Positions 20,516 through 29,580 of a DNA stretch of 64,000 nucleotides are shown here, piece by piece; within the stretch, counting starts at the first letter, position 1; each line of letters starts with the position of its first letter. The stretch comes from an uncultured Elusimicrobia bacterium (GTDB lineage Bacteria; Elusimicrobiota; Elusimicrobia; 2-01-FULL-59-12). Below the pieces are notes generated by a model that was given only the letters and a program-made list of their open reading frames with translations, ran no database searches and was not told the origin of the DNA. The position numbers and the translations under genes were made by a program. The stretch is from the NCBI GenBank assembly GCA_963702895.1, contig OY969767.1:1792001-1856000 (forward strand). Reading direction: 5' to 3'.

Positions 20516-20998
20516 TTAGCCCAACAGTTCCGGATGCTGCGAGAGGCGCTCCGTGAGCGTTTCGAGCATCTGCGCAGACGTTGTATCTGACGTTGGGAAG
20601 AGCGTCTGATACTCGGCCTGGAAGAAGCGAACCATCTGAGGACGCGTTGTTTCTGTAGCCCCTAGAAGAGAGGCGAGCGTGTCCACATATTCGCCTTGAC
20701 CGGAAGCCATTTCCAGTCGTAGGGAGTCAAAATTCACATCGACATAGACTTCTGTCGCTCGCACAATTTTGACAGCACCGTCTTGCGTGCAGCCTGATGT
20801 ACCGGAGCTGATACCAAATGTTTGATTGCCAAAAGTACCATTGGTAGTGGCTCCTAATACTTGCATGACTTTGTCGTTTTCCTTACTACCAAGCAGGATA
20901 TACCCTAATCCGCATCCGGCCATCGGATGATTGCCAGCCGCCAGCGCCAGGCTTGGGACAAGACCTGCAAGAACTACAAGTGCGATAATCTTCTTCAT
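20516..20998 (-). CDS. DUF3015-family exported protein
   Basis: AGCGLG, TTN..NQTFGISSGTSGC and ASGQGE. GGAGG RBS precedes ATG 20998. Confidence 0.85.
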   Translation of the reverse strand: MKKIIALVVLAGLVPSLALAAGNHPMAGCGLGYILLGSKENDKVMQVLGATTNGTFGNQTFGISSGTSGCTQDGAVKIVRATEVYVDVNFDSLRLEMASGQGEYVDTLASLLGATETTRPQMVRFFQAEYQTLFPTSDTTSAQMLETLTERLSQHPELLG

Positions 20999-21081
20999 GA
21001 TTCCTCCGTTATATGATTTCTGGAACACCCAGGGCCATAATACAAAAAAGTCCATGCGTCGGTGAGCTATTCACAAGCTGA

Positions 21082-21201
21082 AAGGGTCGCACTCCCGGGG
21101 CAGGACTCGGGCGCCACACATCAGGCGCCCGCCCGACCGTCGTGTGTCGGGCGAACCTGCAACCCTGCGAGGATGTTCTTCAATGCACGTCGGCCATTGC
21201 C
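21082..21201. repeat. ~120-bp direct repeat containing a tRNA-Asn 3' fragment plus trailer (second copy 21394-21513)
   Basis: Two near-identical copies 312 bp apart. They match the variable loop, T-arm, acceptor and trailer of the tRNA at 21715-21755 once a 44-nt insert is removed. Confidence 0.95.
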
Positions 21202-21381
21202 GCTTTTTAGATACTTTTCACGTTTAAGCGCTTCGTGAAGAGTCGGCCAGGGTTCCTTGAAGACCAACTGATAGGTGCGCTTGTTAGTCTTGTGTTCTGC
21301 TAATCGACGAATAAGATCTTCGGTTAAACCAGTATAGAGCTTGCCCGTTTTCTGACACCGAAGGATATAGATCCAGTACAT
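21121..21381 (-). CDS. Small GIY-YIG nuclease (tandem copy 2)
   Basis: MYWIYILRC..LYTGLT..RRLAEH..ALKREKYLKSGNGR, 86 aa. Confidence 0.88.
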   Translation of the reverse strand: MYWIYILRCQKTGKLYTGLTEDLIRRLAEHKTNKRTYQLVFKEPWPTLHEALKREKYLKSGNGRRALKNILAGLQVRPTHDGRAGA

Positions 21382-21432
21382 TTCAAAACACTGAAGGGTC
21401 GCACTCCCGGGGCAGGACTCGGGCGCCACACG

Positions 21433-21693
21433 TCAGGCGCCCGCCCGACCGTCGTGTGTCGGGCGAACCTGCAACCCTGCGAGGATGTTCTTCAATGCAC
21501 GTCGGCCATTGCCAGACTTTAGATACGCTTCTCGGCGCTGTGCTTCGGATTTGCTCGTACGAGCTTCCTTGTGGACTAACTCGTAGTATGGCTTCTTGAC
21601 TCTATGTTCGGCAAGACGTCGGTCTAAGTTTTCGGCGAAACCGACATACAACTTGTGAGTACCTTTACACCGAAGAATATAAACCCAGTACAT
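21433..21693 (-). CDS. Small GIY-YIG nuclease (tandem copy 1)
   Basis: MYWVYILRC..LYVGFA..RRLAEH..AQRREAYLKSGNGR, 86 aa. Confidence 0.88.
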   Translation of the reverse strand: MYWVYILRCKGTHKLYVGFAENLDRRLAEHRVKKPYYELVHKEARTSKSEAQRREAYLKSGNGRRALKNILAGLQVRPTHDGRAGA

Positions 21694-21724
21694 TCCTAGA
21701 GTGTCTAGAGAGTAAAGGGTCGCA

Positions 21725-21796
21725 CTCCCGGGGCAGGACTCGAACCTGCAACCCTCCCGTTAACAGCGGGATGCTCCACCATTGAGCTACCCGGGA
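21725..21796 (-). tRNA. tRNA-Asn(GTT), CCA not encoded
   Basis: Cloverleaf TCCCGGG-TA-GCTC..GAGC-A-TCCCG-CTGTTAA-CGGGA-GGGTT-GCAGG-TTCGAGT-CCTGC-CCCGGGA-G. Confidence 0.97.
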
Positions 21797-21823
21797 GTGC
21801 GACCCTCATTGTCATTCTATCTT

Positions 21824-22018
21824 GGCAGGACTCGGGCGCCACACTACAGGCGCCCGCCCGCCTGTTGTCTGGCGGGCGAACCTGCAACCCTCCCGTTAAC
21901 AGCGGGATGCTCCACCATTGTCCGCCACTACGACTATGGCGGATCCGCCGAAGCCGCAGTGGCGGAAGCTCCGCCACACTTCAGGCGGATGCGCCTGCCT
22001 TGTGGCGCATACCCGGGA
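21824..22018 (-). pseudogene. tRNA-Asn copy interrupted by three twin-hairpin inserts and missing most of the 3' acceptor strand
   Basis: Removing 21834-21877, 21921-21966 and 21970-22009 restores the adjacent tRNA sequence exactly. Confidence 0.9.
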
Positions 22019-22243
22019 GTGCGACCCTCAAAGTCATTCTATCTTGGCAGGACTCGGGCGCCAGGCGCTAACCCGTTAGGCTATGATTGTATCTTGGCTT
22101 TTAAGCTTTGAGGGGTGATTGTAGAAAAAATGTTGATTTCTCCACAAAAACCGGGGGCCCATAAATCATGGAGGCCTATTGGGAGTGGGAATTTAGCCTC
22201 TTGGTCTATAGCAAGCACGAGGAAGATAAGACATAAACATGGT

Positions 22244-22492
22244 ATGCAAAGACAATCTTGTTTGCGGTGTCACGGACATTTACAGGCGAAAAGCGTAGAG
22301 CATCCCTACTGGAACGGCTCGAAGCTTGTGGCGCTCATTGAGGACGTTCCCTCACTCGTCTGTGAGACCTGCGGATTTCAGCACTTCGAGGAGAACGTCG
22401 AATCCAGCCTTCAGACCCTGGTCCAAGACTACATTAAAATGGGGACCCTGTTCCCCATTCCGAAAACGTCTTACCGAAATCTGTCGTCCTAA
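22244..22492 (+). CDS. YgiT-type zinc finger protein
   Basis: CLRC ... IEDVPSLVCETCG. Confidence 0.8.
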   Translation: MQRQSCLRCHGHLQAKSVEHPYWNGSKLVALIEDVPSLVCETCGFQHFEENVESSLQTLVQDYIKMGTLFPIPKTSYRNLSS

Positions 22493-22495
22493 ATT

Positions 22496-22528
22496 CCAAA
22501 CCCGCGGCGATCCTATGAAAGGCAGTGC
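22496..22528. repeat. Solo end of the MITE at 2269-2538
   Basis: ccaaacccgcggcgatcctatgaaaggcag, ending next to TTA between convergent stop codons. Confidence 0.75.
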
Positions 22529-24730
22529 TTAGAGGGATTCGGCTTTCGTGCGGATCGCTTCGATTTGGGGGACGAGCAAGCGTCGGCCCATTTTTTCGAT
22601 CACCCAATTCATCGTGCGTCCGGTGGGCACGAGGTTGACGTGGAACGCCATGCGAGATTCGGCGGTGACAGGGTCCGAGGTGATCTGAAACGAACCTCTC
22701 AGGCTCTCAAAGTCTCCGGCAATCCGCTCAAACTGAAGGGCATGTTCTTGTGGGTGCTCCATCACACGCAGATGGAGATTGACCTTGAAGACAAAGAACA
22801 TGAACCGCGTCAAATAGACCGCATGCACAATGGTCGATGCCCCGTCCTGCCCTTCCCGTTCGCTCGCCAGCATATCGGGAACGAACTGCTTGAGGTGGTC
22901 ATAGCCCGTAACGATTTCCCAGATCTTCTGAGGGCTGGCGCGGCTGGTGGCTTGAACCACGAAGATCCGTTGGCGGCCAGAACCCGTTTCCATCCGGCAA
23001 TCGACAGCGCTCCCCTTGAGGGGCGCTCGAGCCGGCGCGGCTTTTTCATCCTTGGCAGGCGTCGCGACCTTCTTGGCTTCCGTAAGGCGCGCTGCGCTTT
23101 GGCCTGATGGGACGGTCGCGGACAATGGATCGGAACCCAGGCGCGGATCGTGGGTCAGCTTCTTGTGAACGAGCGCCAAGCCATAGGCCTGCGCCACACG
23201 CGAAAGAGCCGCCGTCGTGTAGAGCTTGGCGTATTGCCGCACCACCGTATCCAAGGCGAGAGGCGAAGCGCCCGGCTGGGCCGCCATCACCAGTTCTTCG
23301 GTGTCTTTGGCGATGGGACGGCGTTCCTCGGGAGGAATGCGGGACTCATCAAAGAACGCATGCAAGGTGTTCGAACGGACCTGGTCTTGGCCTCCTGGCT
23401 CCACCGAGCCTCGCTCAAGGTCCGCTGAAAACGCAAAGTGGAGCGGTCGTTTGGGCGCCCCATCCGGCTCACGGCCACCGGAGAAGCTTAGACGCACCTC
23501 ATAGAGGGGGCCCTCCATCAAGGAAGCGCTCCAGTCGAGGTCGTTATAGAGATAGACTCTCTTCCCTGTTTCGAAAGCGGTGGAATACTCCCGGTCACGA
23601 AGGATTTGCATCAAAATCTCCGTGTTTCGATCCATGGTTCGCAGGCCGCCGTAAATGCGGTTTCGCTGGACCTGGCGAATGGCCTGTTCCTCTTGCGAGG
23701 TCCATAAACTTTTCTCCGCGCGCCGCTTGGTCGTAACCGGCGATTGAAGAGGTGCCGAGTGCCGGCGCTGCAAGGGGGCAGCCTCCGCGATCACGTGAAA
23801 GGGCACTTCTTCGGTTTTCGTGTCAAGTTCAGGTGACGGCGTGTGTGCTTCTGTCTTGGGGGCCGCGCTTGCGCCCGTCAAGGCAACTGGCGGAACAACG
23901 GACTTCGCTTTGGCGCGAGAGGCCTTCGAAGACCTCTTGCGCTTGGCCTTAAGATGGGTGGAGCTCCCCCTGGAAGGCACAGGGGACAAGGGCGGCGCCA
24001 CCAGGACAGGGGTTGGTGGAACAACGTGGCGCTTCTTCCATGATCGCACTCCCAAGAAGGACCCTCCGGCCAATATCGCAAGACCCGCGACCAGCGCAAT
24101 CAGTTTGGGTAGCGGGATATCCACGGTGGGGGCCCCCGGTACGCTGACATCGATCCTGCCTCGATCCTGCGATACGGGCATCGAGGCCGATGCCTTGGGT
24201 GGCTCGTGTCGTGCTTCGACCGGAGTGGCTTTTTCTTCGACAATCATGGAAGGTGGAGCACCTTTCAAAACGTCCCCACATTTCATACAGAGAGCCACAT
24301 CGCGTGGGTTCCTAAAGCCGCACGCTTCACAAAGATTCCGAAGCTCAAGCTCTGGGCTGCTGGACGCCGCGCGAGCGGGTCCCGGAGAAACCGCGGGCAC
24401 CTCCGGAGACGGATCACTTTTCTTGGCCTCGAGGGTTGAGCCGAGCCAGTCCAAGTTGGGCTCTGAAAGAGTCACTTCTTCGATGATGGGAACGGGCGGC
24501 GGAGGCTCCCATTGGGGGGCCGCGTTACCTGCGTCAAGAGCGAAGGAATTCGGATGCGGCGGGGAGAGCAAATAGGATTTGATCTCAATCACTTCATCCG
24601 CCATGCGCCAGACTTGAGCGCCTTCTTCGCAGACCTGTGTCAAGAGATTAAACCCTGACACTTTGCTCAAGGATGCAACGTCCATTGGACCCTGGACTTG
24701 ATCGCCGATGTAGACCCAAAATCGAGGCAT
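22529..24730 (-). CDS. Membrane-anchored protein: GYF_2-like, zinc ribbon, TM, and C-terminal SRPBCC/START domain
   Basis: FWVY..QVQGP..W N-terminus; CEACG..CMKCG; one TM; IWEIVTGYDHLKQFVP. Confidence 0.7.
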   Translation of the reverse strand: MPRFWVYIGDQVQGPMDVASLSKVSGFNLLTQVCEEGAQVWRMADEVIEIKSYLLSPPHPNSFALDAGNAAPQWEPPPPVPIIEEVTLSEPNLDWLGSTLEAKKSDPSPEVPAVSPGPARAASSSPELELRNLCEACGFRNPRDVALCMKCGDVLKGAPPSMIVEEKATPVEARHEPPKASASMPVSQDRGRIDVSVPGAPTVDIPLPKLIALVAGLAILAGGSFLGVRSWKKRHVVPPTPVLVAPPLSPVPSRGSSTHLKAKRKRSSKASRAKAKSVVPPVALTGASAAPKTEAHTPSPELDTKTEEVPFHVIAEAAPLQRRHSAPLQSPVTTKRRAEKSLWTSQEEQAIRQVQRNRIYGGLRTMDRNTEILMQILRDREYSTAFETGKRVYLYNDLDWSASLMEGPLYEVRLSFSGGREPDGAPKRPLHFAFSADLERGSVEPGGQDQVRSNTLHAFFDESRIPPEERRPIAKDTEELVMAAQPGASPLALDTVVRQYAKLYTTAALSRVAQAYGLALVHKKLTHDPRLGSDPLSATVPSGQSAARLTEAKKVATPAKDEKAAPARAPLKGSAVDCRMETGSGRQRIFVVQATSRASPQKIWEIVTGYDHLKQFVPDMLASEREGQDGASTIVHAVYLTRFMFFVFKVNLHLRVMEHPQEHALQFERIAGDFESLRGSFQITSDPVTAESRMAFHVNLVPTGRTMNWVIEKMGRRLLVPQIEAIRTKAESL

Positions 24731-24807
24731 GTCGATTGCACCAAGTCTAGAGCGTGTTTTAGCGATTTTAAAGGGGTTTTTTACATCCCACCTCTGGACT
24801 TGACTGT

Positions 24808-24957
24808 CCCCTCTCCCGACGGGAGGCGGGAGAGGGCGGTCGCCAGTCGTCTAGCGACCGGGTGAGGGCTCGGCGTGCCCTCATCCTAGCCTTCTCCCAC
24901 CTTCGGCGGGAGAAGGGAGATTTTTTTCTACCTCTCCCACGTTCCGCGGGAGAGGGA
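24808..24957. repeat. REP-like family A (ccctctccc..gggagaggg..gggtgaggg); also at 49296-49520 and 54444-54550
   Basis: Three intergenic clusters of related GC-rich hairpins. Confidence 0.8.
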
Positions 24958-25005
24958 TCACATGGGCATCCGAATCATCCAGTTGAGTCTTGCGGCAGAA
25001 GCCTT

Positions 25006-27564
25006 CTAGCTCAGGGAGACGGTGATATCGAGGGTGGGGCTGGCCTGAGCGGTGAGCGCGGACCTCGGGATGAGAAACTCTGCGGCGATCTCTTGGGGCA
25101 GAGGCAGGGTTTTTCCTTGCAAAAGGATGGATTCGATGCGGTACTGTCCGTAAGGCGTTTGGGCGCGCTTGAGGTAGGTCACCTTCAGGCGCTTACCGGC
25201 AAAGCCGATCTCGGCGGAGATCTGGCCTGATTTTCCAAACTGTTCGGGAACAAGCTTGGGTGCCACGAGCAAGTCTCCCCACCTGCCGCGAAGGCCCAGC
25301 ACTTGGGTGATAAGGGTCAGCAAATACCAGCTGGCGGAGCCGGTGAGATAAAGGTACATGCCGCGCCCCTCACCGTTAAAATACTCCGGCATGCAGGGGT
25401 AAATTTTGGAGACATTCGTGTTGAGGCACATCCGGTAAAGGCTTGAAAAAACATCATGGCCTTCCTCGACGAAACCACGGCTATACAAAGCGTTCGCCAA
25501 CATCGCCGTCATATGGCTAAAGAAAGCTCCGTTTTCCTTTTCCCCGTAGGCAAAAGAAAACGCACGGCCAAGGCTGGGTTGAGTCTCCTTAAAATCTGTA
25601 TTCAACCGGTACCCGCCCAATTTTTTGTCAAAGAGATAGCGTTTGGCGGCGGCGAAGGACTGAGCGACCTGCTCGTTGGTGGCCACACCGGAAAGGATCG
25701 GAAACACCTGGCCCGTCATCGTCATGCGCACGCCCTTGGGGTGTTCCCCTTCGACCCGCTCTCCCAAATTGTTGTAATAGCCGTTAAACCAAGCGTGGCC
25801 GGAAGCGCTTTTGATCCATTCGTTTTCTCTCACATGAGACGCCAGCGTTTCGCCTTGGGCTTTGAGCTCCGCCGCTAAAGCTTTCACGGACTTCCTCGAG
25901 CGCTGCAGGGTGAGTTCCTCAAGCCCAAGCTTGTCCTTCATGACCAGCAAAGTCTCCGCCATCCGAATCAGGTTGCCGGCGTAAACCGCGGTGAAAGCCA
26001 CGCTTTCCCCACGGTCACGGGCCATATCCAGGCCGTCGTTCCAATCGGCATCCAGCAATTTGCAGTGGCCATGCTCACCGAGTCTGGAGGTCGCGGCCCC
26101 ATGCTGAACCAGCAGGTGCTCCAGGACCGTGCCGCGGCCGCCCTCAAAGTAGGGAACCTCTTCGAGAAGGAAGGGCAGGTCCCCGGTCTGATGAAGATAA
26201 AGCTCGGTCGTGATCCAGGGCCATGCACCGTGGTCCATCCAAGTGCGAGAAATGTTGTTGCGATCAGCCATGAACTCTCCCGGTTCTTGGCCGATGATGG
26301 TCGCGTTGGTGCCATCGGCCCGCACACCCGCAAAATTATTGAGAAGGAGTGTCCGAACGTCCGTCCGACGTTCGACGTCCGACGTCGGACTTCGGACGTC
26401 GGACGAGTTACCCCCCATGAGGAGAAGCGCGAGACAATCTTGCCACAGATCCCGCCAACCCCGCCCCCCTCGGCCATAGTCAAAGTCCGGAAGAAAAGAG
26501 CACCCAAAGATCTTGCGGAGGATGGGCTGAAGACTCACCCAGCGCACCCATCGTCCGAAGTCTGGATCGTCCGTTTTCACCTGGATGCGGTCGAGCTGTT
26601 CCTTCCAAAAGGCTTGGGTGTGTTCGAGGGCCTCTTGGGCTTTTTCGCTTGAACCGTAGGACTTCAGCCAGGACTGGGCTTCTTTCTTGTCTTTGGCGAT
26701 GCCCATCAGAACGAGATAGGTGACGGATTTGCCCGGGGAGAGTTTTCGGCTCTTAAAGCGAAGGGCTCCCACCGCCTCACGTCCTTGAAGTTCGACCTCT
26801 TCCAAGTCCGGCAAATCCCAATCTTCGAGGACCGCGCGTGGAGCGTCGAAAGAACCGCCTTCGCCCAGAAAGCTGGCCACGGTGGGGAAGCTCCCCGCGG
26901 GCGGCTGACCATCGGATTCGGCGCCCAGAACACCATAGACCGTCGTATTGGGAACGTGGCCTCGTTCATCAAAGGACATTGTGGGCGTCACCAGCACCCC
27001 CTGCGGCACCTGATCGATCCGGTGCAGGAGGGACGTCACATGGCGGTGATCGCGAAGATTATCAGCCGAACGGCCAAAGAGGGGAATGGCCGCTGTCGCG
27101 GTGATCGCGACCGGTTTTTTACTGATGTTCGTGAGCTCGACTTGCATCACCTCGACCCATTCAGGGCCCGCCGGAATGAAAGACGTGATGACCGATTGGA
27201 GTCCTAGCGTCTTATTCTCCCGAGTCACACGCTGCCACAGCGCACCCGCCTGAAGAAGGAGGGATTCCTTCGGTTTCGCCGCGGTCGCTGACCAAGCCCC
27301 TTTGCCTTCGACATAGATCCAGAATTGACGCGAGGACCTCGTGTTGTGAAGATCTTGCTCTGAAACGGGCAGCGTGAGGAAATGGTTTTGCCCCGCCTTA
27401 ATATCCCCATGAAGCGTCGGCGTAATCGAGGATAAAAGGCCCGCCTCATTGCAGAGCGGAAAATAGAGCCGGCTGATCTGGTCCGGGTTTCGCGCCTCAA
27501 ACTCTTCGTTGGGGTCCGTAAAAGACCACCAAGATTTCGTGTTGTTTGTTTTGGCTTTTCTCAT
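25006..27564 (-). CDS. GH94 glycoside phosphorylase (cellobiose phosphorylase-like)
   Basis: GRGWRDLWQD, DWNDGLD, RGES, ENGAFFSH and YLTGSASW. Confidence 0.9.
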   Translation of the reverse strand: MRKAKTNNTKSWWSFTDPNEEFEARNPDQISRLYFPLCNEAGLLSSITPTLHGDIKAGQNHFLTLPVSEQDLHNTRSSRQFWIYVEGKGAWSATAAKPKESLLLQAGALWQRVTRENKTLGLQSVITSFIPAGPEWVEVMQVELTNISKKPVAITATAAIPLFGRSADNLRDHRHVTSLLHRIDQVPQGVLVTPTMSFDERGHVPNTTVYGVLGAESDGQPPAGSFPTVASFLGEGGSFDAPRAVLEDWDLPDLEEVELQGREAVGALRFKSRKLSPGKSVTYLVLMGIAKDKKEAQSWLKSYGSSEKAQEALEHTQAFWKEQLDRIQVKTDDPDFGRWVRWVSLQPILRKIFGCSFLPDFDYGRGGRGWRDLWQDCLALLLMGGNSSDVRSPTSDVERRTDVRTLLLNNFAGVRADGTNATIIGQEPGEFMADRNNISRTWMDHGAWPWITTELYLHQTGDLPFLLEEVPYFEGGRGTVLEHLLVQHGAATSRLGEHGHCKLLDADWNDGLDMARDRGESVAFTAVYAGNLIRMAETLLVMKDKLGLEELTLQRSRKSVKALAAELKAQGETLASHVRENEWIKSASGHAWFNGYYNNLGERVEGEHPKGVRMTMTGQVFPILSGVATNEQVAQSFAAAKRYLFDKKLGGYRLNTDFKETQPSLGRAFSFAYGEKENGAFFSHMTAMLANALYSRGFVEEGHDVFSSLYRMCLNTNVSKIYPCMPEYFNGEGRGMYLYLTGSASWYLLTLITQVLGLRGRWGDLLVAPKLVPEQFGKSGQISAEIGFAGKRLKVTYLKRAQTPYGQYRIESILLQGKTLPLPQEIAAEFLIPRSALTAQASPTLDITVSLS

Positions 27565-28535
27565 AAAGCGGCTAACAGTTTATCAGAAATCAAACGGACG
27601 ATGTCCTCTGGGAGCGGCGCCTCGACACGCAGCTCCGATTTCTTGATCGGATGCAAGAAGCTGAGGGCCGCCGCGTGCAAAGCGACGCGCGGAAAGCCCA
27701 GGACTTTGCGCTCCTCGAGCGTCGCGGTGCCTTGTGTCATGTGCTGATAGACGCTTCCGTCTCCGGTGTAGAGGGGGTCGCCCAACAGAGGATGTCCTAT
27801 CGCCGCGAAATGGACGCGAATCTGATGCAGTCGCCCTGTCTTGGGCATCACGCGCACGATCGAGAGCGTTGGCGCCTCTTGCCGTTCATAGATCACGCGG
27901 TAATCCGTGACAGCCAGAACGGCCTCAGGCGTATGGACCCATTGCTTGACGCGGATCTCTCCTCCCTGACGGCCGATCGGTTGGTCCAGCCTGCCTTCGC
28001 GCTTCGGCAACAGGCCCCGCACGACGGCGATGTATTCTTTTTGGATACGATGGGCTTCCATCTGACGCGTCCAGGCTTGTGCCGCTTTCGGGTTTTTAGC
28101 CAAGGCCAAGACCCCGGTGGTCTCCCGGTCAAGCCGGTGAAGCAGATGCAGTTTGCCTAAATCTTTTCGGCTATGGCGCAGCACGCCCAGGACGGTATGA
28201 TCCACGATCTTATCGGTGGGGTGCGAAAGGAGGTTCGCCGGCTTGTTGACGATGAGGAGGTCCTCATCTTCGAAGAGAATGGGCAGGGACGCCTCCGGCG
28301 CGAGCGCCGGCTCCGGACGCCGGAGATAGGCGATCTGGATCTTGTCTCCGGTGTGAACGCGCGTATTGGCTTTGGCCGTTCGTTCTTCTTTTAAGACGCG
28401 GGCCTGCTCGAGGATCCTTTGCACACGGTTTCGCGAGTAACCGGCAAGCCGTTGCGATAAAAACCGATCAATCCGGTAACCGTCATATTTTTGATCGACC
28501 TCAAAGGGCACCCACACCCAGCGCTCCGTCGTCAT
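27561..28535 (-). CDS. RluA/RluD-family pseudouridine synthase
   Basis: S4 domain (RIDRFL), VNKP, HRLDRETTG, TGRLHQIRVH and GDPLY. Confidence 0.93.
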   Translation of the reverse strand: MTTERWVWVPFEVDQKYDGYRIDRFLSQRLAGYSRNRVQRILEQARVLKEERTAKANTRVHTGDKIQIAYLRRPEPALAPEASLPILFEDEDLLIVNKPANLLSHPTDKIVDHTVLGVLRHSRKDLGKLHLLHRLDRETTGVLALAKNPKAAQAWTRQMEAHRIQKEYIAVVRGLLPKREGRLDQPIGRQGGEIRVKQWVHTPEAVLAVTDYRVIYERQEAPTLSIVRVMPKTGRLHQIRVHFAAIGHPLLGDPLYTGDGSVYQHMTQGTATLEERKVLGFPRVALHAAALSFLHPIKKSELRVEAPLPEDIVRLISDKLLAAL

Positions 28536-29302
28536 CGTTTGACCCGCATCGCAAGCCTGTCCGCAAGTTCCGGCATCCAGCGGTGCAGACGTAACGCCCA
28601 CGAGACGTACCAGGGGTAATAAAGTTCCCTTTGCCGACGCCGCAGCGCACCGAGGATCGCCCTGGCCATCTGCTCCGGAGACTTGCCAAGACGGTCTCGG
28701 AGCGTTCCCCTCTGCACGAAAGGCGAGGTCATGTCCGTTCGGATATAGCCAGGAAAAACACTCAGGACATGGATGCCGGTGCCTTGGAGTTCCTGCTGGA
28801 GGGCTTCCGAATAACCAGCCAAGGCAAACTTGGAAACGCTGTAAGAAGCCGACGTCGCGGTTCCCCATCGGCCATAAGTCGAGGAGATATTCACGATCGC
28901 GCCCTGTCGAGCCGCCCGCATCGCCGGAAGGACCGCTTGCGTGACCCGGACAGCGCTCATGACGTTGTTTTCAAAAGCCCGGGCATACTCCTCGGGCAAA
29001 GCCTCGCGCAGGGGTGTGTTGAAGTTGGAGCCCGCATTATTGATCAAAAGCGTAATGTTGCCCCAGCGTGATTGGACCTCGGCCAGGACCTCGGCGATAT
29101 GCGCCGGATCGGCCGCGTTGCCTGCCCTGGCCAAAATCTTGCCGGACCCCGTCCCGGAAGCGATGGAATGGCACGTTTCTTCGAGGATCTCTTTCCGACG
29201 ACCCGTCAGGAGTACGCTTGCGCCTTCGCGATAGAGCTCCTCGGCTAAGGCTCGGCCGATGCCGGTCCCCCCGCCTGTAATCCAAGCCAGCGTTATGGAC
29301 AT
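28532..29302 (-). CDS. Short-chain dehydrogenase/reductase
   Basis: TGGGTGIG, NNAG, NISS and YSVSK. Confidence 0.93.
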   Translation of the reverse strand: MSITLAWITGGGTGIGRALAEELYREGASVLLTGRRKEILEETCHSIASGTGSGKILARAGNAADPAHIAEVLAEVQSRWGNITLLINNAGSNFNTPLREALPEEYARAFENNVMSAVRVTQAVLPAMRAARQGAIVNISSTYGRWGTATSASYSVSKFALAGYSEALQQELQGTGIHVLSVFPGYIRTDMTSPFVQRGTLRDRLGKSPEQMARAILGALRRRQRELYYPWYVSWALRLHRWMPELADRLAMRVKR

Positions 29303-29580
29303 ACTTTGGTCACGAGCCGAATATCTTCCAGGACCATGGCCACGGCTTCGCAATGCTCGCGGGGACCCGTGTAAACAACAGCCTTCCCACTGCGATGAAC
29401 CGTGTTCGCCAGGTCCATCCCCCGCTCGTAACTGACATGGATCGCTTTCATGAGCTGGCGTGCGACCTCTTCGAACGTGTGGCAGTTGCAGTTAAAAAGG
29501 ATCGTATTCCAGGGGAGGCCTCGCGTGGTGCCATCGGTGGTCTTCTCTTGCTTACGCGGTTTCTGCAGGGATAGGGTCAT
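29293..29580 (-). CDS. clpS: Clp protease adaptor ClpS-like protein
   Basis: WNTILFNCNCHTFEEV..VHRSGKAVV..E. Confidence 0.8.
   Translation of the reverse strand: MTLSLQKPRKQEKTTDGTTRGLPWNTILFNCNCHTFEEVARQLMKAIHVSYERGMDLANTVHRSGKAVVYTGPREHCEAVAMVLEDIRLVTKVCP

Noticed and set aside
21082..21796. Prophage or integrase-driven island at tRNA-Asn
   Set aside because: Only ~310 bp lies between the att-like copies and no recombinase is present.
21824..22018. Intron-containing functional tRNA
   Set aside because: The inserts lack group I or bulge-helix-bulge features, recur in non-tRNA sites, and the 3' acceptor strand is missing.
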